Part shown: one piece after another, positions 12,227 through 22,792 of the stretch | Position numbering within the stretch: the first letter of the stretch is position 1 | How the letters are laid out: each line of letters opens with the position of its first letter | Virus genome (UHGV): UHGV-0828925 | Reading direction: 5' to 3' (one strand) | Length of the DNA stretch: 34,506 nucleotides | DNA from: a virus | Position numbers and translations under genes: made by a program | Notes under the pieces: generated by a model | Seen by the model: the letters and a program-made list of their open reading frames with translations, nothing else | What the model was told of the DNA's origin: nothing | The model's database searches: none

Positions 12227-13612
12227 ATGGCTACGTGGCAACAGGGTATTAATTCTGGTGGTTTTCTGGCTGGCATTGGTACGCAAAATGAGAATGCACC
12301 AAAGGCAAGCGACATTAACGCAACGCTTGGTCTGATTCGCGAAAACAATGAACTGGCTCGCTCAGGTACAAATAACGTTGGTCTGACCGCGTTACGTGGT
12401 CTGGCTGGAGTTGCTGATATTTACAATCAGGAACAGCAACAGAAAGCGATTAGTGCGTTCAATAAGGTTCATGCTGATGCATGGGCTTCTGGTGATCCAT
12501 CGGGACTATTTAAGTTTGCCCAGGAAAATCCAGCGTTTGTTGCACAGGCACAACAGGCGTTTTCAGGTCTTAATGATCAGCAACGCAACGATATGGGCGA
12601 TTTAGCCATGAGGGCTAACGTCGCTCTTTCTCAGGGACCGGAAGCCTACAGTAAATTCATTACTGACAACAAGGACAGGTTAAATCGCGTGGGGGCGAAT
12701 GCTGACTGGATGATTCAGACAGGTATCCAGAATCCAGAGCAGCTATCACACATGCTGACTACTATGTCTCTCGGTGCGCTTGGACCAGAAAAGGCGTTTG
12801 CTGTTCAGGACAAGATGGCTGGTCGTGAAATTGACCGAGGCAGACTGGCAGAGACAATCCGCAGCAATCAGGCTGGAGAAGCACTTCAGGCGAGAGGGCA
12901 AAACCTTTCCTATCAGTCAGCAATGACTGGACACGGACTTGCAGCAGAAAGACTGGCACTTGATAAGCAGAAATTCGGTTTTGAAGTACAACAGGCACAA
13001 AAGAAGGCCGATGAACTTATTAATGCTGCGCCAAAACTATCCGTGAACATGGAAAAGGCTATAGAAAAATCAGCAGGTGATGCGGCAGCTAGTCGTAATG
13101 CTGCCGATTCAATGACAACGCTTGCTGACACGCTTGAGAAGGAGAAGCCAACTCCTGGTTTGTTCGGTAACGCTGAAAATATGTTCACTAAGCTTACGGG
13201 GCAAGATAACTACCTCCGAGATATGCGGATTAGATTCAACCAACTAGCCAATGCGCAGGCAACCAAGCTTCTCCCTCCCGGCCCTGCATCAGATAAGGAT
13301 ATTGAGTTTGCAAGGAAAGGCATTCCAAGCGAAACGGATAATCCAATGGTCATGGCTCGATGGTTAAGGGGTATGGCAAAAATGGAAAGTAATAACGCGA
13401 AGTTCAACGAGTTTAGGTCAGAGTGGATGAGTGCAAATGGCAGCCCAGGACAATCTGATCGCAACCGAAACATCATGGGGATGGATGTTAAGAAGGGTGA
13501 ATCATTGAACTCTGCGGCAAAACGTTTTCTTTCCTCAAGTTATGGCGATAGCCAACCTCAACAGCAATTGTCCGATGACGAATTAATTAGCAAATATCTC
13601 GGAGGGCAGTAA
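12227..13612 (+). CDS. gp20: Ejection protein gp20-like
   Basis: 461 aa; conserved position between gp7 and gp16. Confidence 0.85.
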   Translation: MATWQQGINSGGFLAGIGTQNENAPKASDINATLGLIRENNELARSGTNNVGLTALRGLAGVADIYNQEQQQKAISAFNKVHADAWASGDPSGLFKFAQENPAFVAQAQQAFSGLNDQQRNDMGDLAMRANVALSQGPEAYSKFITDNKDRLNRVGANADWMIQTGIQNPEQLSHMLTTMSLGALGPEKAFAVQDKMAGREIDRGRLAETIRSNQAGEALQARGQNLSYQSAMTGHGLAAERLALDKQKFGFEVQQAQKKADELINAAPKLSVNMEKAIEKSAGDAAASRNAADSMTTLADTLEKEKPTPGLFGNAENMFTKLTGQDNYLRDMRIRFNQLANAQATKLLPPGPASDKDIEFARKGIPSETDNPMVMARWLRGMAKMESNNAKFNEFRSEWMSANGSPGQSDRNRNIMGMDVKKGESLNSAAKRFLSSSYGDSQPQQQLSDDELISKYLGGQ

Positions 13613-15438
13613 TGGCCTATAGTCGTGAACAGTTGATGACGGCGTTAAGGAATGCTGATGCTGCCGGCGATACTGAGGGAGCACGTCGCATTGCTCAGAT
13701 GCTGTCTTCTGGTGATCAATCCACTCAAAACCAATCGCAGCCAGAAGAACAATCTCTGGTGGGAAAAGCTACTGACTGGCTCACTGGTGGTCAAAGTGCA
13801 GGGCAAATTGCAGAACAGGCTGGTCGTGGTCTGGTAAACATACCATTTGACGTATTACAGGGCGGCGCAAGTCTGATTAATGCAATCAGTCAGGGGCTTG
13901 GTGGCCCCAAGGTTTTGGATGATGTTTATCGTCCAGTAGACAGACCGACAGACCCCTACGCTCAAGCTGGAGAAACAATTGGCGGGTATTTAGTTCCAGG
14001 AGTTGGAACGGCAGGAAGCATGGCTATTGGATCACTGGCAGAGGCCGCAAATCAGAAAGGTGATTTCGCACAAAATGCAGCTAAAAATGCCGGAGTTAAC
14101 CTTGCCGCTCAGGGTGTTCTTTCCGCAGCAGCAAAGGGAATAGGGCGTGGAATAACGGCTATAAAAGGTGATATTGCGCCAGAAGTGGCAAAGAAAATTG
14201 CCACATCAGAATCGATGGGCGTGACACCAATGACATCTGATGTTATCCCGCCGAAAAATGCTTTCACTCGCGGACTTACTCAGGATGCTGAGGGGGCTTT
14301 GCTCGGGACAGGCTCAAAGCGAGCGGAGCAATATGCAACGCGTAGTAAGCTGGTAAGCAATTATTTTGACCGTTTTGGTGAGTACAACCCTGATGATGTG
14401 GTGAAATCTCTGACCACCACGTTAAGGGGACGGAAGGATGCCGCTGGCGCTGTTATCAATGACGTCACCAATAAAATGGGTAATGCCGCAGTTGATACCA
14501 CAAATACCATGAATGCTCTGAATACAGCGATCGCAAGACAGGAACGGCTTGGGACTTCTGCCAATCAAAGCCTGCTTACATCCTTGCGTAACCTACGTGA
14601 AGAATTAGCAAACCCTGCAACTGATTTGGATGTTACGTTTGATCTCTTGCGCCAGCACAGAACAGCATTTAGATCTAATGTTCAGGGAGATGCCATGGTC
14701 TTCCCCAACCAGGCAAAAGCAGCTACCAATATGGTAGAGAATGCAATGTCAAAAGACCTTCGTAACGCAGTTGCTAAAAACCTCGGTGCTTCAGACGCAG
14801 CAAAATACCTTAAAGCAAATTCCGATTATGCAAACGTTTATAATAAGGTGCTTAATAAAAACATTGCTAACAAGCTCAACAAGGCAAGCAGTGAAGCCAG
14901 TCCTGAACTTATAAATACTGTTGTATTAAGCAGAAAACCATCTGACGTGAAACGAATCTGGAGCGCATTGGATGATAAAGGGAAAGATGCTATGCGTGCA
15001 GCTTACGTCAGCAAAATAGCGGAAAAGGCCGGTGACTCTCCAGCCAAGTTCATCACGGAAGTTAATAAGCTGAAATCTCAGTCAGGCGGTGAAATTTACA
15101 ACGCTATTTTTTCTGGAAAGCACATGAAAGAACTTGATGCTCTTCATGAAGTTCTACAGCAAACAGCAAGATCAGACACCGCAAATGTAGTAACTCAGAC
15201 GGGGCAATCGCAAGCCAACAGGATAAGGACGATTGGCGCAACTACGACTCTTGGCGTATCAATGGGGCTTGAGGCTGGTTTCGGTGCAATGATGCGCTTG
15301 TATGAATCCAAAGCAGCAAGGAATGCGCTCTTACGTCTGGCAAACACTAAAGCTGGAACGCCAGCTTATGAAAGAGCGCTAAATCAGGCGGCTACTGCCG
15401 TGCGCCCGCTCTTAGTTAACGAAGCTACCCGGCAGTAG
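13612..15438 (+). CDS. gp16: Ejection protein gp16-like
   Basis: 608 aa; last gene of the late operon as in P22. Confidence 0.85.
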   Translation: MAYSREQLMTALRNADAAGDTEGARRIAQMLSSGDQSTQNQSQPEEQSLVGKATDWLTGGQSAGQIAEQAGRGLVNIPFDVLQGGASLINAISQGLGGPKVLDDVYRPVDRPTDPYAQAGETIGGYLVPGVGTAGSMAIGSLAEAANQKGDFAQNAAKNAGVNLAAQGVLSAAAKGIGRGITAIKGDIAPEVAKKIATSESMGVTPMTSDVIPPKNAFTRGLTQDAEGALLGTGSKRAEQYATRSKLVSNYFDRFGEYNPDDVVKSLTTTLRGRKDAAGAVINDVTNKMGNAAVDTTNTMNALNTAIARQERLGTSANQSLLTSLRNLREELANPATDLDVTFDLLRQHRTAFRSNVQGDAMVFPNQAKAATNMVENAMSKDLRNAVAKNLGASDAAKYLKANSDYANVYNKVLNKNIANKLNKASSEASPELINTVVLSRKPSDVKRIWSALDDKGKDAMRAAYVSKIAEKAGDSPAKFITEVNKLKSQSGGEIYNAIFSGKHMKELDALHEVLQQTARSDTANVVTQTGQSQANRIRTIGATTTLGVSMGLEAGFGAMMRLYESKAARNALLRLANTKAGTPAYERALNQAATAVRPLLVNEATRQ

Positions 15439-15460
15439 CACTGTAAGCCAAGGACGGCAT

Positions 15461-15955
15461 TTATTTTATAGTTTTTATGAATTCTTTATTAAATCCCTTC
15501 GCTTCTCCGGGGTATCTTCCGAAGACAATTTTTATAAAAACAGAAAAAATAAAGATAGCAACGCTTAACAACAATTGCAGTATCATTGGAACCCAAAGAA
15601 CTACAGGCTCTATATTCATGAAACCAAATATTCTTCCGGCGATCATGGCGAAGTACCACACTGTTATCAGCAAACTTAGTGGCATATGAATTACTGATAT
15701 TACCAATCCAAGAGCATCAGTAATTCTGTTTTCAAATTTTTCAGGGGAAAACTTTTCTTTAAGGTAATTCAGTGCGCAGGCCTCATTCTCTGGATTTTCA
15801 GCATTTTTCCCTATAGCAATAGAAATCTCAGATATCCTTGATTCAATTCTTTTACGTTTAATAAAACTAGAAAAAAAGAACCACGCAATCTGCAACCCTA
15901 TCCCCAGAAATAGAGTTGCGGCAACTAGCACAGCGTAACTCATAGAATCAGACAC
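15461..15955 (-). CDS. Multi-pass inner-membrane protein, putative superinfection exclusion protein (SieA-like by position)
   Basis: 164 aa with an N-terminal TM helix and 2-3 C-terminal TM helices; AT-rich codon usage; sits between gp16 and mnt where P22 carries sieA. Function inferred from position only. Confidence 0.6.
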   Translation of the reverse strand: MSDSMSYAVLVAATLFLGIGLQIAWFFFSSFIKRKRIESRISEISIAIGKNAENPENEACALNYLKEKFSPEKFENRITDALGLVISVIHMPLSLLITVWYFAMIAGRIFGFMNIEPVVLWVPMILQLLLSVAIFIFSVFIKIVFGRYPGEAKGFNKEFIKTIK

Positions 15956-16037
15956 ACCAACCTCCTTAGTTTTACGCAGGATACCATGATGTCAGTGCAA
16001 GGGGGAGAAAGTCTCCTCATTATCTGATTCGCAATTT

Positions 16038-16073
16038 ACGTGCATATTTAAATATTGCACGTTACAACGTGCA
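16038..16073. promoter_or_regulatory. Overlapping palindromes in the divergent intergenic region (candidate operator/promoter)
   Basis: TGCATATTTAAATATTGCA (near-palindrome) overlapping TGCACGTT-AC-AACGTGCA (8-bp inverted repeat), between the divergent membrane-protein gene and the 16109 gene. Confidence 0.5.
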
Positions 16074-16108
16074 TGTGTATGATTGACTTATCAATCACAA
16101 CACGAGAT

Positions 16109-17122
16109 ATGCTCATGAAAAATGATGATGTTAGTGGGAAGGCCAAAGGCGGTAAGGCACGCGCGGCAAAAATGACAGCAGAGCAAAGAAAAGAATCCTC
16201 AAGAAAGGCTGTTGCCGCAAAAAAAGAAAAAGCTTTATTGCCCGTATCTGCGAATGAGGGAAAGTTAAAGATCGGTGATGCGGAATTAGATGTCGCGGTT
16301 CTCGAAAATGGACGGCGTATCATATCACAAGCTTCTGTTTTTAAAGCATTTGGCCGACCACAAAGAGGGGGTAGAGCACCTCAAGAAGAGGGGGTGATCA
16401 ATATGCCCGCTTTTATGGATGCTGCAAACCTTAAAAAATATATAAATCAAGATGTTATGGATGTGATCAATAAGGTCAAATACAAGACGATTACTGGCTC
16501 CGTCCAGGAAGGTTATGACGCATCCATAATACCTCTTGTCTGCGATGTTTATTTAAAGGCAAGAGAGGCAGGCGCTATCACCAGGCCAAACCAGTTAGAG
16601 ACAGCCAAGAAAGCTGAAATTCTGGTGCGCTCATTAGCTAAAGTCGGAATAATAGCGCTTGTTGATGAAGCGACGGGGTACCAGCGAGATAGAGAAAAAG
16701 ATGCACTCGCCAAAATACTCGAGGCCTTTGTCGCAAAGGAAATTCAACCTTATATTACAACATTTCCTGCTGATTATTATGAAGAGCTTTTCAGGTTAAG
16801 GGGCTTAGAATACCCGCCGGAAAATCCCCGCTTCCGGCCTCAGTATTTTGGCGTTTTGACAAATGATATCGTCTACAAGAGATTGGCACCAAACATCCTT
16901 GAGGAGCTTAAAAAGCAGAACGTAAAGGCCTCAAAAGGTACAAAGTTGTTTCAGGGGCTGACGCCAAATATTGGATATCAAAAATTAAGAGAGCATCTGT
17001 CATCAACCGTTACGATTATGAAGCTATCTAACGACTATTCAGATTTTATTGCAAAAATGAATCGCCTGCATCCAAGGTTTGAGGATGTGAAAACAGACGA
17101 ACTGGATGATTCAGACAAGTAA
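16109..17122 (+). CDS. Hypothetical protein with highly basic Lys/Ala-rich N-terminal tail (accessory gene)
   Basis: About 337 aa; N-terminal 60 residues K/A/R-rich (GKAKGGKARAAKMTAEQRKESSRKAVAAKKEK); AT-rich; start ambiguous between the ATGs at 16109 and 16115. Confidence 0.7.
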   Translation: MLMKNDDVSGKAKGGKARAAKMTAEQRKESSRKAVAAKKEKALLPVSANEGKLKIGDAELDVAVLENGRRIISQASVFKAFGRPQRGGRAPQEEGVINMPAFMDAANLKKYINQDVMDVINKVKYKTITGSVQEGYDASIIPLVCDVYLKAREAGAITRPNQLETAKKAEILVRSLAKVGIIALVDEATGYQRDREKDALAKILEAFVAKEIQPYITTFPADYYEELFRLRGLEYPPENPRFRPQYFGVLTNDIVYKRLAPNILEELKKQNVKASKGTKLFQGLTPNIGYQKLREHLSSTVTIMKLSNDYSDFIAKMNRLHPRFEDVKTDELDDSDK

Positions 17123-17126
17123 CAGT

Positions 17127-17150
17127 AACCCACCTTCAGGTGGGTTTTTT
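17127..17150 (+). terminator. Rho-independent terminator between convergent genes
   Basis: AACCCACC-TTCA-GGTGGGTT followed by TTTT; overlaps the mnt stop codon on the opposite strand. Confidence 0.7.
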
Positions 17151-17387
17151 GTACAAATCCTTCAGCGTATCAAACACCATCTTCTTAACAAGCTCTGACT
17201 GCTCATCAGCGAGTCGTTCTGCATCGTCGCGATAGCCTGCAATCGGTGATGGTTTTGATAGCGCATCCTGAACGATTTGTAATAACTCTGAGTTCATTGA
17301 CCTTCCGTTAGCCTCTGCTCTTAATTTCAATTTTTCTCTTACTTCCAAAGGCATACGGAAGTTAAAGTGCGGATCGTCTCTAGCCAT
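17136..17387 (-). CDS. mnt: Mnt repressor (ribbon-helix-helix)
   Basis: 83 aa MARDDPHFNFRMPLEVREKLKLRAEANGRSMNSELLQIVQDAL..., near-identical to my recollection of P22 Mnt. Confidence 0.9.
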   Translation of the reverse strand: MARDDPHFNFRMPLEVREKLKLRAEANGRSMNSELLQIVQDALSKPSPIAGYRDDAERLADEQSELVKKMVFDTLKDLYKKPT

Positions 17388-17410
17388 GCCATCACTCCAA
17401 GTTAGTATCT

Positions 17411-17674
17411 CTAACTTTCGTCTTTATTGTTGCTATACATGCATTTCAACTTCTCAACATCATGTTCAAGATCTATCAATCGTGATGCTATAGTTGCAAG
17501 GTCTAGTGCTTGAATGTGTTTATTTTTTTCGGTCCATGCTTCAAGTGCCGCGACCATCTCAGCATTTAATGAACGAGAATTAGCCTCAGCCAGTTCAATA
17601 AGACGTTCCTTTATCTCTACAGGAAGCCTCAGATTCACTTGAGGGTTTTTGTACTTACGATCAGACATCGGCAC
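17411..17674 (-). CDS. Second ribbon-helix-helix (Arc/Mnt-family) DNA-binding protein
   Basis: 87 aa; N-terminal NLRLPVEIKERLIELAEANSRSLNAEMVAALE matches the RHH beta-strand/helix pattern; upstream of and co-oriented with mnt. Confidence 0.75.
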   Translation of the reverse strand: MPMSDRKYKNPQVNLRLPVEIKERLIELAEANSRSLNAEMVAALEAWTEKNKHIQALDLATIASRLIDLEHDVEKLKCMYSNNKDES

Positions 17675-17704
17675 ATCCTGAATAATTTTTTACCACAGGA
17701 TATG

Positions 17705-17743
17705 TAGGTATCTATTGACTATCAATGCGTACCTAAATACTAT
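17705..17743 (+). promoter_or_regulatory. Rightward Pant-like promoter with overlapping inverted repeat (candidate Arc/Mnt operator)
   Basis: -35 TTGACT (17715..17720), 17-bp spacer, -10 TACTAT (17738..17743); TAGGTA...TACCTA inverted repeat spans the -35. Confidence 0.55.
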
Positions 17744-17773
17744 GTATGCGTACCACATACAACGGAGGATGCA

Positions 17774-17914
17774 ATGAAGGTAAAAACACTGCGTATGCCA
17801 GAGAAGTTAGAAAAAATCCTTGAAGAGAAAGCAAAGGAAGAGTGTCGCTCATTTAGTGCAGAAGTAATTAAACGGGTGATGGACAGCCTGAAGAGAGAGG
17901 GGATAACGGTATGA
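17774..17914 (+). CDS. arc: Arc-like ribbon-helix-helix repressor
   Basis: 46 aa MKVKTLRMPEKLEKILEEKAKEECRSFSAEVIKRVMDSLKREGITV; GGAGG SD 5 nt upstream; same architecture as P22 Arc; stop overlaps next ATG (ATGA). Below the 60-aa track threshold, found by reading. Confidence 0.7.
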   Translation: MKVKTLRMPEKLEKILEEKAKEECRSFSAEVIKRVMDSLKREGITV

Positions 17915-18114
17915 GTAAAGAATGTTGTTTCTGCGGCATTAGCGAATCAGACGCTGATCAAACATACATTTACTCTAAAGAAACAGGTCGGATGCTGTGT
18001 AGTGACTGCGTGTTGGACATCATAAGATACAAGCATCTTGGATGTTCTGCCAGCATTAGCAATATAGGTGAAGTATATGAAGGGAAAGATATAACTGATA
18101 GAGCAGAAAGTTGA
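17911..18114 (+). CDS. Small Cys-rich protein (possible zinc ribbon)
   Basis: 67 aa with CCFC...CSDC spacing (two Cys pairs); translationally coupled to arc. Confidence 0.5.
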   Translation: MSKECCFCGISESDADQTYIYSKETGRMLCSDCVLDIIRYKHLGCSASISNIGEVYEGKDITDRAES

Positions 18115-18176
18115 AGCCCCAACTGCGGTAACAGTCAGGACTTCGGTATCAACAAATCGGATTAGGAAATATTGAC

Positions 18177-19055
18177 ATGAAAAGTATAGCAAAGGCACAA
18201 AACGATTTCACCATCTTCAAATTCGGCGACAGTGAAATCCGCGTCATCAACAAATGCGGTGAGCCGTGGTTTGTAGCAAAAGATGTTTGTGATGCTTTAA
18301 CCCTGACTAACTCACGCAAGGCGCTTACTGCACTTGATGACGATGAAAAGGGAGTAACTTTAAGTTACACCCTTGGTGGTGAGCAGAATCTAAGCATTGT
18401 TAGCGAATCAGGTATGTATACATTGGTTCTGCGCTGCCGCGATGCTGTCAATAAAGGTTCGGTCCCGCACAAATTCCGCAAGTGGGTAACAGCAGAAGTT
18501 CTACCTTCAATTCGCAAACATGGCGAGTATGTGAAAGGCAAGAAAACCACTGTTGAGGAAAGAACGCCGCTACGCGATGCAGTAAACATGCTGGTAGGAA
18601 AGAAAGGACTTCGCTATGACGATGCATACAATATGGTTCATCAGCGTTTTGGTATTGACAGCATTGATGAACTTTCAATTGAACAAATCCCGCAAGCCGT
18701 AGAGTACATCCACAGGGTAGTGCTTGAAGGCGAATTCATCGGCAAACAAGAGAAGAAAACCGACGAGCTTTCTGCAAAAGAAGCAAACAGCCTTGTATGG
18801 TTATGGGATTATGCCAATCGTTCACAGGCATTATTCCGCGAACTGTATCCGGCATTAAAACAAATTCAATCGAACTATTCCGGCAGATGCTACGACTATG
18901 GTCATGAATTCTCGTATGTTATCGGAATGGCGAGAGACGTTTTAATCAATCACACACGAGATGTTGATATCAATGAGCCAGACGGACCAACGAATCTTTC
19001 CGCATGGATGAGACTTAAGAATAAAGAATTACCTCCTTCAGTACATAACTACTGA
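18177..19055 (+). CDS. ant: Antirepressor with Bro-N-type N-terminal domain
   Basis: 292 aa; N-terminal [30 protein letters not shown]... resembles the Bro-N domain; occupies the ant position after arc. Confidence 0.75.
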   Translation: MKSIAKAQNDFTIFKFGDSEIRVINKCGEPWFVAKDVCDALTLTNSRKALTALDDDEKGVTLSYTLGGEQNLSIVSESGMYTLVLRCRDAVNKGSVPHKFRKWVTAEVLPSIRKHGEYVKGKKTTVEERTPLRDAVNMLVGKKGLRYDDAYNMVHQRFGIDSIDELSIEQIPQAVEYIHRVVLEGEFIGKQEKKTDELSAKEANSLVWLWDYANRSQALFRELYPALKQIQSNYSGRCYDYGHEFSYVIGMARDVLINHTRDVDINEPDGPTNLSAWMRLKNKELPPSVHNY

Positions 19056-19074
19056 CAGATAACCAACGCAACGA

Positions 19075-19098
19075 CCCAGCTTCGGCTGGGTTTTTTAT
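19075..19098 (+). terminator. Rho-independent terminator after ant
   Basis: ACCCAGC-TTCG-GCTGGGT followed by TTTTTT. Confidence 0.8.
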
Positions 19099-19108
19099 GC
19101 CCAAAATT

Positions 19109-19229
19109 CACCGTAGCCACACTTAGGCAATGAGCTTGAAGGAGAGACCTACACAAAAAGTGTAGGTCGAAAAGCGAACAAAATAACTTCCGAAAAAGTT
19201 GTTTTATCACAAAAAACTCACCGTAGCCA
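19109..19229 (+). repeat. Direct repeats TCACCGTAGCCA flanking a hairpin upstream of the tailspike gene
   Basis: AAA(T/C)TCACCGTAGCCA at 19105..19120 and 19213..19229; hairpin ACCTACAC-AAAAA-GTGTAGGT at 19147..19167 between them. Confidence 0.55.
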
Positions 19230-19264
19230 TGCTGCGGCGATTCCTTGTATCTGGAGCAAATTAA

Positions 19265-21286
19265 ATGACAGATTCGATAAATGCCAATGTTGTAGTGAGT
19301 ATGCCTTCGCAACTCTTCACTATGGCGCGTTCTTTTAAAGCCGTAGCCAATGGCAAAATTTATATCGGTAAGATTGACACAGATCCGGTAAATCCAGAAA
19401 ACCAGATTCAGGTTTATGTGGAGAATGAAGACGGTTCTCACGTTCCTGTTTCGCAACCAATCATCATTAATGCTGCTGGATATCCGGTATATAACGGACA
19501 GATTGCCAAGTTCGTAACTGTGCAAGGTCATTCTATGGCTGTGTACGATGCGTATGGGGCGCGGCAGTTCTATTTTCCGAATGTGCTTAAGTATGATCCT
19601 GATCAGTTAAAAAACATTTTACTATCAAAATCTGGAGCATCAAATGTTTTCACGTCTTCTGGTGATAGCGTTCAAACATTTATAGATAACTATGCATTTA
19701 TTTATGCTGTTGATTATTTGCCTGAAAATTACGTTACAGACGGTTCTGTAGACTATCGCGCAGAAATACAAGAAGCAATCAATCATGCAACGAGCATAAA
19801 ATCAGCATTGGTTTTACCTCCATTTCAGTGCAAGATAACTCCGGTAGATCAGTTTGATGTTCCAGGTCTCCTAATCCCATCTAATTCAATAATTATAAAC
19901 CCACCAGGAGGATCGCTTAAGATTGGTGAAAATAGCTTTGAGCAATACGGGGTTATGACATTTTCAGATGTTGAAAATATAATTGTTATAAACCCAGTAT
20001 GCATTGGAGATAAAACAACTCACAAAGGACTGGACGGCGAGTTCGGAATGTGTTTCTTTATCAGGGGTGGGTGTAACAATATAGAAATAAAAAACCCTAA
20101 AGCCATTGATGCATGGGGAGATGGAATTTTTATTGGTCAGCACTGGCCTGATAAGGTCTCATACCCGAAGAAAATAACTATAACCAGACCAGTTACAGAA
20201 AACTGCCGTAGGCAAGGTATTAGCATTACATGTGGAGAGTCCATAGTCATCGATAGGCCAGAATTGAACAACACTGGTGATAGCGATTCAACACCCCTCC
20301 CAAACGGCCCATGGGCTGGAATCGACATAGAACCTAACTATTTTCAGACGCCGTTAAGGGGAATTCACGTCAATGGAGTTATAGGAAAGGGTAATAAAGG
20401 GCCGCTAACTCAAATCGCGCTAAATATGGCAGATACAAACATCCCACCAGAAGGTGGTAGATATGACTGCCAAATCACCATTGACGGGGTTTCTGATGAC
20501 TCATCAAGAGGAGCGTTTGAGTTTTGGGGGGTTCCTAACAGAGATTCTCTTTTTAACGGATACGTTTCAGTTAAGAACGTGTGCTCCAAGGGAGCGCTAA
20601 AAAACCCTATAATGATAAACAACCAATTCTACAAGTCAGGCTTGCGCCTACTAGTAGACAACGTATCAATAAATGATTGGTCTTGCTCATATTCAAGCAA
20701 CATTGATAAGGCCCCTATAGCCATTAAAACATCTGATTCATCACAATATCCATCATCAACACTTCCAGTACAGGGGAACTTTGAAATAAGAGATGTGTCT
20801 CTTAGCTCATCTCTTCCAGCTGAAAGCATATCAAAATATGCAATCGTAACAAACAATGCAAAAGGGTTTGTAGGTGCATATATATCGTTCAAGCATGTAA
20901 TATGTCCAGTAAAGCTAACCACTAACGTTTTTGGTAGGATTAATCTTGATCTAGGTTCATTTTACCAGACTCTAACATGTACAATGAATCCAGGTGAAAC
21001 TTTAAACCTTGCTTCATTATCTGATATTAAGATGAGCGAGCCTGGAGAGATCTCCCTTCCATCATCAATTGATAGCAGATTCAATGGTCAACAATATAGA
21101 TTAATGTATGACTCATCGTCTGGATTTATGAAGATGAATACATCTAGCCTTAACGTATTCGTAAACGGTAAAGCGGTTACTGCCGGATATGCTAATTTTT
21201 ATCCATCAGCAGGTGTAATATCAATAACTGTTGGTGTTAATGGGTTTGTTCTTATAAACACTCAGGGAGGATATACGCCATCATGA
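19265..21286 (+). CDS. gp9: Tailspike protein with P22-type head-binding N-domain and divergent receptor-binding domain
   Basis: 673 aa; first ~110 aa ([14 protein letters not shown]...[25 protein letters not shown]...[15 protein letters not shown]...NVLKYDPDQ) match the P22 gp9 head-binding domain as I recall it; the rest is AT-rich and unlike P22. Confidence 0.85.
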   Translation: MTDSINANVVVSMPSQLFTMARSFKAVANGKIYIGKIDTDPVNPENQIQVYVENEDGSHVPVSQPIIINAAGYPVYNGQIAKFVTVQGHSMAVYDAYGARQFYFPNVLKYDPDQLKNILLSKSGASNVFTSSGDSVQTFIDNYAFIYAVDYLPENYVTDGSVDYRAEIQEAINHATSIKSALVLPPFQCKITPVDQFDVPGLLIPSNSIIINPPGGSLKIGENSFEQYGVMTFSDVENIIVINPVCIGDKTTHKGLDGEFGMCFFIRGGCNNIEIKNPKAIDAWGDGIFIGQHWPDKVSYPKKITITRPVTENCRRQGISITCGESIVIDRPELNNTGDSDSTPLPNGPWAGIDIEPNYFQTPLRGIHVNGVIGKGNKGPLTQIALNMADTNIPPEGGRYDCQITIDGVSDDSSRGAFEFWGVPNRDSLFNGYVSVKNVCSKGALKNPIMINNQFYKSGLRLLVDNVSINDWSCSYSSNIDKAPIAIKTSDSSQYPSSTLPVQGNFEIRDVSLSSSLPAESISKYAIVTNNAKGFVGAYISFKHVICPVKLTTNVFGRINLDLGSFYQTLTCTMNPGETLNLASLSDIKMSEPGEISLPSSIDSRFNGQQYRLMYDSSSGFMKMNTSSLNVFVNGKAVTAGYANFYPSAGVISITVGVNGFVLINTQGGYTPS

Positions 21287-21440
21287 TTTTTTGAATTTTA
21301 TCCTATCGCATGCAAGTTAACTGGTTTTAGTAGATTCTCGCCCATGTCGTTATATGTACGCGCGGGTCAGCCAACCACTGCATCATTTCTCTGATTCTAT
21401 CGAGATACTGAGCATGATTGTAAATTCAACTAACCCAGTG

Positions 21441-21485
21441 AGTTGACAAAAAATTAGCGCAAGAGGACAAAAAATCACCTTGCGC
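21441..21485 (-). terminator. tI/sib-like terminator hairpin downstream of attP on the int transcript
   Basis: GCGCAAG...CTTGCGC stem followed on the minus strand by TAATTTTTTGT; corresponds to the lambda sib/tI region as I recall it. Confidence 0.55.
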
Positions 21486-21489
21486 TAAT

Positions 21490-21720
21490 GCTCTGTTACA
21501 GGTCACTAATACTATCTAAGTAGTTGATTCATAGTGACTGGATATGTTGTGTTTTACAGTATTATGCAGTCTATTTTTTAAGCTAAATGCATTATAAGGC
21601 ATTGATATTAATGATTTTACTGTTTCTTGTTCAGCTTCTTTATACTAAGTTGGCATTATAAAAAAGCATTGCTTATCAATTTGTTGCAACGAACAGGTCA
21701 CTATCAGTCAAAATAAAATC
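21490..21720. other. attP: attP (lambda-type) with variant core GCTTCTTTATACTAA at 21634..21648
   Basis: CAGCTTCTTTATACTAAGTTGGCATTATAAAAAAGCATTGCTTATCAATTTGTTGCAACGAACAGGTCACTATCAGTCAAAATAAAATCATTATTTG; arm-type sites (CAGGTCACTAT / GGTCACTATCAGTCA) on both sides. Confidence 0.85.
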
Positions 21721-21721
21721 A

Positions 21722-22792
21722 TTATTTGATTTCAATTTTGTCCCACTCCCTGCCTCTGTCATCACGATACTGTGATGCCATGGTGTCCGACTTATGCCCG
21801 AGAAGATGTTGAGCAAATTTATCGCTTATCTGCTTCTCATAGAGTCTTGCAGACAAACTGCGCAACTCGTGAAAGGTAGGCGGATCCCCTTCGAAGGAAA
21901 GACCTGATGCTTTTCGTGCGCGCATAAAATACCTTGATACTGTGCCGGATGAAAGCGGTTCACGACGAGTAGATGCAATTATGGTTTCTCCGCCAAGAAT
22001 CTCTTTGCATTTATCAAGTGTTTCCTTCATTGATATCCCGAGAGCATCAACATGCAATGTTGTAGGGATGGCAATTTTTACGCCTGTTTTGCTTTGTTCG
22101 ACATAAAGATATCCATCTACGATATCAGACCACTTCATTTCGCATAAATCACCAACTCGCTGCCCGGTAACAACAGCCAGTTCCATTGCAAGTCTGAGCC
22201 AACATGGTGATGATTCTGCTGCTTGATAAATTTTCAGGTATTCGTCAGCCGTAAGTCTTGATCTCCTTACCTCTGATTTTGCTGCGCGAGTGGCAGCGAC
22301 CGGGTTTGTTGTTATATGGCCTTCAGCTATTGCCTCTCGGAATGCATCGCTCAGTGTTGATCTGATTAACTTGGCTGACGCCGCCTTGCCCTCGTCTATG
22401 TATCCATTGAGCATTGCCGCAATTTCTTTTGTGGTGATGTCTTCAAGTGGAGCATCTGGCAGACCCCTCCTTATTGCTTTAATTTTGCTCATGTAATTTA
22501 TGAGTGTCTTCTGCTTGATTCCTCTGCTGGCCAGGATTTTTTCGTAGCGATCAAGCCATGAATGTAACGTAACGGAATTATCACTGTTGATTCTCGCTGT
22601 CAGAGGCTTGTGTTTGTGTCCTGAAAATAACTCAATGTTGGCCTGTATAGCTTCAGTGATTGCGATTCGCCTGTCTCGGCCTAATCCAAACTCTTTACCC
22701 GTCCTTGGGTCCCTGTAGCAGTAATATCCATTGTTTCTTATATAAAGGTTAGGGGGTAAATCCCGGCGCTCATGACTTCGCCTTCTTCCCAT
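21722..22792 (-). CDS. int: Tyrosine integrase (lambda Int-like)
   Basis: 356 aa MGRRRSHERRDLPPNLYIRNNGYYCYRDPRTGKEFGLGRDRRIAITEAIQANIELF...; near-identical to my recollection of lambda Int; adjacent to attP. Confidence 0.95.
   Translation of the reverse strand: MGRRRSHERRDLPPNLYIRNNGYYCYRDPRTGKEFGLGRDRRIAITEAIQANIELFSGHKHKPLTARINSDNSVTLHSWLDRYEKILASRGIKQKTLINYMSKIKAIRRGLPDAPLEDITTKEIAAMLNGYIDEGKAASAKLIRSTLSDAFREAIAEGHITTNPVAATRAAKSEVRRSRLTADEYLKIYQAAESSPCWLRLAMELAVVTGQRVGDLCEMKWSDIVDGYLYVEQSKTGVKIAIPTTLHVDALGISMKETLDKCKEILGGETIIASTRREPLSSGTVSRYFMRARKASGLSFEGDPPTFHELRSLSARLYEKQISDKFAQHLLGHKSDTMASQYRDDRGREWDKIEIK

Noticed and set aside
21287-21330. Terminator immediately after the tailspike stop
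   Set aside because: Only a short ATCATGAT palindrome followed by a T-run; stem too weak to call with confidence.
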